From: Candidatus Saccharimonadota bacterium
Lineage (GTDB): Bacteria > Patescibacteriota > Gracilibacteria > UBA1369 > 2-02-FULL-48-14
Assembly (NCBI GenBank): GCA_965230905.1
Contig: OZ246396.1
Location: 300,001-332,000 of the forward strand
Length of the DNA stretch: 32,000 nt
Reading direction: 5' to 3'
Position 1 is the first letter of the stretch; every line of letters begins with the position of its first letter. Positions 25,474 through 32,000 of this stretch are shown piece by piece. The notes below the pieces were generated by a model. The model ran no database searches, was not told the origin of the DNA, and worked only from the letters and a program-made list of their open reading frames with translations. The position numbers and the translations under genes are program-made.

Positions 25474-25553
25474 GGTTTTTTGCTTTACAATAAGCCACTT
25501 TTCGCCTATACACTTGTGATAAGGCGACACTATGTGTTCTAATCACCTTCCCA

Positions 25554-26045
25554 ATGAATAAAGACTTTCTCACCTTAGAGGAAGCGGCTCATGCTTTGAA
25601 AAAGTCCACCCAGACTATTCGACGAATGATCAAGAAAGGTGAACTGCAAGCGCAACGGATCAAGACGCCGCAGGGCTTTCACTATGTTGTGAGGCGGGCC
25701 GAAGTGAGCGGGATGGCTGAAGCTGAACCGGAGGCAGAAATGGTGTTTTATAATTCGCCTATACAAAATGCGCTAGAGCCACAGGAGGATCAGGAAATTC
25801 CCGTGTTGATTAATCAAACTCAAATTCCGACTAATCAGAATGCAGTTGAGCCGCTCCCAGAGCCAGCTCAGGTACCCCTAGACAAAAAGGAGCCAGTTGT
25901 ATTCTATTTTCCACCCCTCCCCCCTGCCCCATCCGTGGAGGCGCGGGACTTGCTACGGCTGATTGAACGGCAGCACAAGGAACATTTGGGACTGATTCGA
26001 ATCATTGAAAGGCTCCAAGATGAGCTACGTCGTCAAGGAAATTGA
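25554..26045 (+). CDS. Excisionase/MerR-like HTH (HTH_17-type) DNA-binding protein with Pro/Gln-rich linker and C-terminal coiled coil
   Basis: 163 aa. The N-terminal FLTLEEAAHALKKSTQTIRRMIKKGELQAQRIKTPQGFHYVVRRAEV fits the excisionase-family HTH pattern. The C-terminal DLLRLIERQHKEHLGLIRIIERLQDELRRQ is heptad-like. Confidence 0.7.
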   Translation: MNKDFLTLEEAAHALKKSTQTIRRMIKKGELQAQRIKTPQGFHYVVRRAEVSGMAEAEPEAEMVFYNSPIQNALEPQEDQEIPVLINQTQIPTNQNAVEPLPEPAQVPLDKKEPVVFYFPPLPPAPSVEARDLLRLIERQHKEHLGLIRIIERLQDELRRQGN

Positions 26046-26104
26046 TTTGCAGCTGTGGGCCAGCGGTTTTAGACTGCTAGCGATTTCCTATTCACTACGG
26101 CCTG

Positions 26105-27634
26105 ATGAAACTCTACGACAACCCCTGGGGATTTTCCGTTGAACATACGAATCCCTTTCAGCTCTTTTCGCTACTCCAAGAGGTGGCACAATCTGAGCAA
26201 AAGGCGCAAGACATTGTAGATTTGTCGCGTGGGGATCCCGGTTACGGGTTCAGCCCATCGGTGCGCGGACGGGAGTTTTTGTCGTTTTTGCTTTTTTTGG
26301 ACACGAAGCTGAATCACTCCAAGCGTTTGTTCGCAACTTACAGCGCCGAGGATGAAAAGGAACTTTTGGAAGAGATTGCGGTGTTTGCGCACAGTGCGTA
26401 CGTGCCGGCCCTGGCCACGCGGTATTTGGGGGATTTGAGCGAGTTTATTCAAAGGTGTATTCAGATTGCTGGAAGTGAAGGTGTGGAGATGCGGCCGTAC
26501 GATGTGCTGCACGAGATCTTTAAACATTCCACTATTAGCGGCGGGACTTACCACGACCCACGAGGAGAAAAACTGGTGCGGATGATTGTTTCGTGGTGGC
26601 ATAAGAAGAACGTGGCGACGGCGTTCAGCTATGAGGATTTGATTTTTACTTCCGGGGCGTCACATGCGATTGGAACACTTTTTAAACTGCTGGGCGAAGA
26701 AGGGCTGCAGTACCTCACCCATGGTGACAGCGTGCTCATCTCCTCCCCTGCTTACAACCCGTATAATGCGATTTTGCAGCACCGGGGCCTGCAGACCGTG
26801 AGCATCTCTATTAACCCTACGACCGGGAAAATTGAGGAGCGAAGTTTTGAGGTTTTGAAGACGGCCAAAGGTGTAAAACTGTTGGTGCTGATTGATCCGA
26901 ACAACCCGACGGGCTTTTCCATGGACGACGAAACGATGGAGGTCTTGGCGAAATTTGCGAAAGAACAGGATGCCATCATTATTACGGATGAGGTTTACAG
27001 CGCGTTTTTTGAGGATAGAAAATCGATTATAGACCTGTGCCCGGAGCGTACGCTGCGCATTCAAGCACGATCGAAGATTGAGCGGAGCACGGGACTCCGG
27101 TTTGGAGATGTGCTGATTTGCCCGGAAGCCAATAAGTATTTGAGTGAAGTGCGTTTGAAAGATTTGCTCCGCGAAGGTCAGGACTTTAAGAAGGCGTTTA
27201 TGTTTGCGAAGGGACCTGGCGGCGTGCATGGGGAATTCCAACACACCACTTTTGTAAGCGGGCCTGATCAGTACTTGGGTGCGGCGCACATTGTGCTCGG
27301 CGAAGACGAACGCAAAAAATATCGCGAAACCATGCGCAAGAACCAGGAGGTGTTTTGTAAGACACTGGGCCTCCCCCACAAAGGGAACCTCTACTACACC
27401 CTATTCGACATGAATGAAGTGCCCGATTGCAAAACCCAAGACCTCCCCCCAGAACAAAAAATCTACGACCTGGCGAAGTTGGGCGTTATTTACATTCCCG
27501 CCAATTTGTTTTTCTCCGAAGAAGACCGTACTTTGAAGTCCCGTGTGAACACGGTTCGCGCCTCGCTGGCGAATGGCACTCCCGATAAAATCAAACGTGC
27601 CGCTGAAATAACGCGGCAATACCTTACTCATTAA
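26105..27634 (+). CDS. Long-form class I/II PLP-dependent aminotransferase, aspartate 4-decarboxylase (AsdA)-like
   Basis: 509 aa. Has LIDPNNPTG and the PLP-Lys context ARSKIERSTGLRFG. Extended terminal regions (NPFQL, LSRGDPGY, YYTLFDM, VRASLAN) match what I recall of AsdA-type enzymes. Family-level call only. Confidence 0.7.
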   Translation: MKLYDNPWGFSVEHTNPFQLFSLLQEVAQSEQKAQDIVDLSRGDPGYGFSPSVRGREFLSFLLFLDTKLNHSKRLFATYSAEDEKELLEEIAVFAHSAYVPALATRYLGDLSEFIQRCIQIAGSEGVEMRPYDVLHEIFKHSTISGGTYHDPRGEKLVRMIVSWWHKKNVATAFSYEDLIFTSGASHAIGTLFKLLGEEGLQYLTHGDSVLISSPAYNPYNAILQHRGLQTVSISINPTTGKIEERSFEVLKTAKGVKLLVLIDPNNPTGFSMDDETMEVLAKFAKEQDAIIITDEVYSAFFEDRKSIIDLCPERTLRIQARSKIERSTGLRFGDVLICPEANKYLSEVRLKDLLREGQDFKKAFMFAKGPGGVHGEFQHTTFVSGPDQYLGAAHIVLGEDERKKYRETMRKNQEVFCKTLGLPHKGNLYYTLFDMNEVPDCKTQDLPPEQKIYDLAKLGVIYIPANLFFSEEDRTLKSRVNTVRASLANGTPDKIKRAAEITRQYLTH

Positions 27635-27647
27635 TCCACCCTGCCCC

Positions 27648-28895
27648 ATGTCACTTTTTGAAAACACGCTCAAGCAAATCCGAAAGGCTTCCCTGCTCAT
27701 GAATCTGCCCGCGAACGTTGAGGAAGTTTTGAGTCATCCCGAACGCATCATTGAAGTGAGTTTGCCGGTGGTTATGGACAATGGACACCTTCGGGTTTTC
27801 CAGGCTTTCCGTGTACAGCACAACAGCATCCGTGGACCTTATAAAGGGGGTATTCGTTACCACCCACAAGTGGACATGGACGAGGTGAAAGCGCTGTCTA
27901 CTTGGATGACCATGAAGTGCGCGGTGGTGGGCATTCCACTGGGCGGAGCGAAGGGAGGAATTGTGATGGACCCCAAGAGTTTGTCTGCGCGGGAGTTGGA
28001 AGCGGTGACCCGCGAGTACGCGCGTGCGATGACTCCGTTCATTGGACCGGAAATCGATGTGCCGGCGCCGGATGTTTACACGAATTCTCAAATCATGGCG
28101 TGGATTGCGGATGAATATTCCAAAATCAAAGGACACAACGTGCTCGGCGTGGTGACGGGAAAAGCTATTGAAACGGGTGGGTCTTTAGGACGTGACAGTG
28201 CGACCAGCCAAGGGGGTGTTTATATTATTGAAGAATATTTGCAGTCCGTTGGAAAACAGGCCGCTGGGATGACCGTAGCGGTGCAGGGATTCGGAAACGC
28301 GGGCTCACACGTGGCTCGGCTGCTTTCGGAGCTAGGAATGAAAGTAATTGCGATTTCCGATTCTAAGAGCGCGCTGCACTGCGCCGATGGAATTGATGCG
28401 AGTGCCGCCATGGTGTGCAAGTTGGAGAAAGGACAAGTGGGCGAATGCACGCCCGTGGGCGCGAAATGTGACATCATTACTAATGAGCAGTTGCTGGCGC
28501 TACCTTGTGACATTTTAGTACTGTCTGCGCTGGAAAATCAGGTTCGAGTGGACAATGCGGACAGTGTGCAGGCTCGTTTAATTGTGGAATTGGCGAATGG
28601 TCCTGTGACACCCGAGGCCGACGAAATTTTGGCGCGCAAAGGGGTGCCAGTGATTCCGGATATTTTGGCGAATGCTGGAGGAGTGACGGTGAGCTACTTC
28701 GAACTCGTGCAGAATCAAATGAACTACTATTGGAGTTTGGAAGAGGTTCTTGGAAAGTTGAAGCCCATTATGCAAAACGCCTGGCGCGACGTACACGGGA
28801 ATGCGGTGAAGTTTGGGTGTACGTATCGTGAGGCGGCGTTCATTACGGCGCTGAGAAAGTTGGAGGCGGCGATTACGATGAGGAGGGGGAAGTAG
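27648..28895 (+). CDS. gdhA: Glutamate dehydrogenase (Glu/Leu/Phe/Val dehydrogenase family)
   Basis: 415 aa. Has KGGIRYHPQVDMDEVKALSTWMTMKCAVVGIPLGGAKGGI and the Rossmann motif VAVQGFGNAGSHVARLL. Lies 13 nt downstream of the aminotransferase gene. Confidence 0.9.
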   Translation: MSLFENTLKQIRKASLLMNLPANVEEVLSHPERIIEVSLPVVMDNGHLRVFQAFRVQHNSIRGPYKGGIRYHPQVDMDEVKALSTWMTMKCAVVGIPLGGAKGGIVMDPKSLSARELEAVTREYARAMTPFIGPEIDVPAPDVYTNSQIMAWIADEYSKIKGHNVLGVVTGKAIETGGSLGRDSATSQGGVYIIEEYLQSVGKQAAGMTVAVQGFGNAGSHVARLLSELGMKVIAISDSKSALHCADGIDASAAMVCKLEKGQVGECTPVGAKCDIITNEQLLALPCDILVLSALENQVRVDNADSVQARLIVELANGPVTPEADEILARKGVPVIPDILANAGGVTVSYFELVQNQMNYYWSLEEVLGKLKPIMQNAWRDVHGNAVKFGCTYREAAFITALRKLEAAITMRRGK

Positions 28896-28918
28896 GAAGT
28901 TTAATCTAAAGTTTTCTC

Positions 28919-29674
28919 ATGACTATCACGAAGAAAGAGTTGGACCCATTTAATTGCCTCTTGTTTGATATTGCGGCTCATGTAAACCCTAAGCTTTTGA
29001 AAGATTCTGACCAATTTATAGCTCCACCCAATACTTTCGACTTTAAAAAACTGAAAGAATATCGTGGGCTACTTTCTTCTGTAGACTTTGCTGCAAAGAA
29101 AACTGCTAAATACGTTATTTATTTTTCTGAGTTTTATCCAGTTTCTGATAAAATCCCGCCCTATGAGGCTTTAGAGCATCATATCCACTCTTATCTTGAA
29201 GATCTTGATATTCTTGAGAATAAACTTGTGACTTTTTTAACCACTCTAAAGAACGATCTAAAACACGTATATCCTGACGAAAAATCTCAAGTCACAATGG
29301 AGTTTGAAGTAATTGTTAAAAAGATATCGAGGGCTTTTAATGGCGTGTCTGAATCCAGAAATCCTCATCATCACAAAGGAAGCAGGTACATGGACAGCGA
29401 CTTATTAGAATCTCAGTTTGCTGCAACTATGCTTGGTTGGTCGCATACGTTTAACGATTTAATTACTGATGAGGGGAAAGAATACTTAAAAAAACAGGAA
29501 GTGGAGGGTTTTGAGAAGGCAAAAAAAATAAGAATTAAACAGGCTGAAGAGAATAGTGAAAAAATTACAAAATTATTAAACTGGCTTTTTAAGAGTCTTG
29601 ATAAAACCATATATGAATTTCTCGGTATCAAGCATTCAGCGAAACTAATAGGTGCGAAGCAGAACACTAAGTAG
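28919..29674 (+). CDS. AT-rich orphan hypothetical protein with an RNxxxH (HEPN-like) motif
   Basis: 251-aa ORF, visibly AT-rich compared with both neighbours. Uses TTA/CTA/TCA codons that the neighbours avoid. Sequence SESRNPHHHKG (R147-H152; DNA 29357-29374). No family recognised with certainty. Confidence 0.6.
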   Translation: MTITKKELDPFNCLLFDIAAHVNPKLLKDSDQFIAPPNTFDFKKLKEYRGLLSSVDFAAKKTAKYVIYFSEFYPVSDKIPPYEALEHHIHSYLEDLDILENKLVTFLTTLKNDLKHVYPDEKSQVTMEFEVIVKKISRAFNGVSESRNPHHHKGSRYMDSDLLESQFAATMLGWSHTFNDLITDEGKEYLKKQEVEGFEKAKKIRIKQAEENSEKITKLLNWLFKSLDKTIYEFLGIKHSAKLIGAKQNTK

Positions 29675-29808
29675 ATCAGAGGTCTTGCCAAAGCTTCCCA
29701 CTATCGTCCAATTCACCGCCAGCGGTGAACTCCTCAACATCGGTAAATTCGCGCAAGGCGGTGACGACTTCCCTTGCATCGGCTAAGCAATAATGTAAAA
29801 ATTCCGGC

Positions 29809-32000
29809 ATGAAATACATCTATGCATTCGTCGAAGGGAATAAAGATATGAAAGATTTGCTGGGAGGAAAAGGTGCGAACCTCGCGGAAATGACCAATAT
29901 GGGTCTGCCTGTGCCGCCCGGATTCACCATCACGACGGAGGCTTGTAACTACTATTTGGAGAACCACGACTACCCTGCTGGATTTTTTGAGGAGATGAAT
30001 GAGAAGCTGGATGAGTTGCAGCACACGATGGGGAAAAATTTTGGCGATGGCAGCAATCCCCTGCTGGTTTCTGTGCGATCGGGCGCAAGGGTATCGATGC
30101 CGGGAATGATGGATACGATTTTGAACCTTGGGCTGAACGACCAAACGGTGGAAGGACTCATTGAAAAAACGCAGAATCCACGGTTTTCGTACGACTCGTA
30201 TAGGCGCTTTGTGACTATGTTTGGAAACGTGGTTTTGAACATTCCGCATGACCACTTTGAAGAGGCACTTGAATCTGCAAAGAAGACAAAAGGCGTCACT
30301 CTAGACACGGACATGACAGCGGAGGATTGGAAGGCGCTCGTGGCAGTGTTTAAGCAAATTGTTTTGGACGCGAGTGGCAAGCCCTTTCCTGAAAATCCTA
30401 TCGACCAATTGAAGCTCGCGATTTTGGCTGTGTTTAGTTCTTGGAATAGCAAACGAGCGATTACGTATCGCAATTTGCACGGCATGGCGCACAACATGGG
30501 AACGGCGGTGAATGTGCAATCGATGGTGTTTGGAAACATGGGAGAGGACAGCGGGACCGGAGTGGCGTTCACGCGAAATCCATCGACCGGAGAGAAGGAA
30601 TTTTTTGGAGAATTTTTGTTCAATGCGCAGGGAGAAGATGTGGTGGCGGGAATCCGTACGCCCAAGAAAATTATTGAGATGCAGGAATCTATGCCCGCGA
30701 TGTTTGACCAATTGAATGAGGTCCAAAAGACTTTGGAGAATCACTACCACGACATGCAGGACATCGAGTTCACGATTGAGTCGGGCCGTCTGTTTATGCT
30801 GCAAACCCGCAATGGAAAACGAACCGCGCGGGCGGCCGTGAAGGTGGCGGTGGACATGGTGGAAGAAGGACTCATTACGAAAACTGAGGCGATTCGACGT
30901 ATTGATGCGAATCAGCTCAATGCACTTTTGCATCCGTTCATTGACCCTAAGGCGCCCAAGATTGTTTTGGCAAAAGGCTTGCCTGCGTCGCCGGGTGCGG
31001 CTGTGGGAAAGATTGTTTTCTCTGCGGATGAAGCGTACCGAATGGCGGAAGAGGGTGAAAAAGTGATCTTGGTGAGAAAGGAAACGAGCCCCGAAGATAT
31101 TCACGGAATGCACTCGGCGCAGGGAATTTTGACTTCTACGGGAGGAATGACCAGCCACGCGGCGGTGGTTGCTCGCGGAATGGGAAAACCTTGTATTGCG
31201 GGTTGTAAAGAAGCGCACGTGGACGACAAAATCAAGACGCTGGAGATCAACGGACAGGTGTTTGGCGAAGGAGAAATTATTTCTTTGGACGGATCAACGG
31301 GCGAAGTGATGAAAGGCGAAATGCCAACGGTGGAAGCGGCGCTGACGGGAGAATTTGAAGAGCTGATGAGCTGGGCGGATGAGATTCGAACACTCAAAAT
31401 ACGCACGAATGCGGATACGCCGCACGATGCACAAGTGGCGCGCAGACTGGGCGCCGAAGGAATTGGGCTCTGCCGAACGGAGCACATGTTCTTTGATGAA
31501 GATCGCATTATGCTCGTGCGCCAGATGATTTTGTCTCAGAGTGTGGAGTCACGAAAGCGCGCGCTCGACAAATTGCTGCCGATGCAACGCGATGACTTTA
31601 AGGGGATTTTTAAGGCTATGGACGGCTTCCCTGTTACGATCCGTTTGCTCGACCCACCGCTGCACGAGTTCTTGCCAAATACTGAAGGGAAAATCAAGGC
31701 CGTGGCGCTAGAAATGGGTGTGGACTATGTGCAACTCCAAAAAATGGTGGACGCTTTGCATGAACTCAACCCTATGCTCGGTCACCGTGGAGTTCGTTTG
31801 GGTATCACCTACCCTGAGATTTATGAAATGCAGGCACGGGCGATTTTTGAAGCGGGCAAGGCGATGAGCGCCGAAGGCGTGAAAGTGATTGCCGAGATTG
31901 AAATTCCTCTGGTTGGACACGTGAATGAACTCAAAACCATGCGAACCTTGATTGAAAAAGTGGCGCAAGAAATGGGGCCGCTGAACTTTGAATGGAAAGT
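29809..32000 (+). CDS. ppdK: Pyruvate, phosphate dikinase, partial (continues beyond the right edge)
   Basis: Absent from the ORF track because it is open at the edge. From the ATG at 29809: MKYIYAFVEGNKDMKDLLGGKGANLAEMTNMGLPVPPGFTITTEAC. Phospho-His motif GGMTSHAAVVARGMGKPCI. GIGLCRTEHMFF, RLLDPPLHEFLP and NPMLGHRGVRLGI are also present. The minus-strand ORFs 29734-31508 are antisense shadows. Confidence 0.95.
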   Translation, partial: MKYIYAFVEGNKDMKDLLGGKGANLAEMTNMGLPVPPGFTITTEACNYYLENHDYPAGFFEEMNEKLDELQHTMGKNFGDGSNPLLVSVRSGARVSMPGMMDTILNLGLNDQTVEGLIEKTQNPRFSYDSYRRFVTMFGNVVLNIPHDHFEEALESAKKTKGVTLDTDMTAEDWKALVAVFKQIVLDASGKPFPENPIDQLKLAILAVFSSWNSKRAITYRNLHGMAHNMGTAVNVQSMVFGNMGEDSGTGVAFTRNPSTGEKEFFGEFLFNAQGEDVVAGIRTPKKIIEMQESMPAMFDQLNEVQKTLENHYHDMQDIEFTIESGRLFMLQTRNGKRTARAAVKVAVDMVEEGLITKTEAIRRIDANQLNALLHPFIDPKAPKIVLAKGLPASPGAAVGKIVFSADEAYRMAEEGEKVILVRKETSPEDIHGMHSAQGILTSTGGMTSHAAVVARGMGKPCIAGCKEAHVDDKIKTLEINGQVFGEGEIISLDGSTGEVMKGEMPTVEAALTGEFEELMSWADEIRTLKIRTNADTPHDAQVARRLGAEGIGLCRTEHMFFDEDRIMLVRQMILSQSVESRKRALDKLLPMQRDDFKGIFKAMDGFPVTIRLLDPPLHEFLPNTEGKIKAVALEMGVDYVQLQKMVDALHELNPMLGHRGVRLGITYPEIYEMQARAIFEAGKAMSAEGVKVIAEIEIPLVGHVNELKTMRTLIEKVAQEMGPLNFEWK

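Noticed and set aside
22391-25553. The idea that the repeat-bracketed dnaJ / tRNA-Lys / membrane-protein block is an integrated mobile element using a tRNA attachment site with the HTH protein as excisionase.
   Set aside because: No integrase, recombinase or transposase is present in the window. No direct repeat of a tRNA 3-prime end was found; there is only a 9-nt AATTGAACC match at 25375-25383, on the wrong side of tRNA-Lys. The cargo looks like housekeeping genes with native composition. I kept only a weak alternative in the findings.
29676-29810. A 44-codon minus-strand ORF (MPEFLHYCLADAREVVTALREFTDVEEFTAGGELDDSGKLWQDL) containing a 7-bp-stem hairpin TTCACCG-CCAG-CGGTGAA (29712-29729).
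   Set aside because: It is below any reliable length threshold and no family is recognised. Its ATG overlaps the ppdK ATG back-to-back, which would place the ppdK promoter inside it. It may be native intergenic DNA or a gene remnant, and there is not enough evidence to call it a gene.
30197-30206. Partial hits to the repeat motifs inside coding genes: CGCCTATACG (complement) in ppdK at 30197-30206 and ACTAGTC in the amidohydrolase gene at 8227-8233.
   Set aside because: These are short matches of 7-9 nt, lack the flanking ATTCCG or GGAAT parts, and are embedded in conserved coding sequence. They are consistent with chance.

Overview
A 32-kb bacterial chromosomal segment, about half G+C by eye, standard genetic code, tightly packed. 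I call 22 protein-coding genes, 2 tRNAs (Glu-CUC, Lys-UUU) and one gene remnant. Two of the genes run off the window edges and are missing from the ORF track. Genes recognised with confidence: lspA, aroE, metK, dnaJ, glutamate dehydrogenase, pyruvate phosphate dikinase, an AsdA-like aminotransferase, YfiH/PgeF, DUF1385 and an SPFH protein. Unusual content: (i) Most striking is a palindrome-derived motif family (ATTCCGACTAGTCGGAAT / ATTCCGCCTATACA). It forms a helically phased six-copy array in front of an excisionase-type HTH gene and a second cluster upstream of dnaJ. (ii) A cell-envelope locus (14.5-22.4 kb) encodes a 1567-aa and a 781-aa secreted protein with SLH triplets at opposite termini, and a TPR lipoprotein between them. 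(iii) Two large orphan His-rich proteins lie at the left edge. (iv) A Fic protein has Gln in place of its catalytic His and carries its own repeat operator. (v) An AT-rich orphan ORF with an RNxxxH motif sits between gdh and ppdK. I saw no CRISPR, rRNA, transposase or integrase. Canonical Shine-Dalgarno sequences appear absent; a TAATCCACC 9-mer recurs just upstream of several start codons instead. Many long ORFs in the track are antisense shadows in codon register with real genes. Lineage cannot be assigned from this sequence. All functional calls rest on motif recognition by eye, not on database searches.
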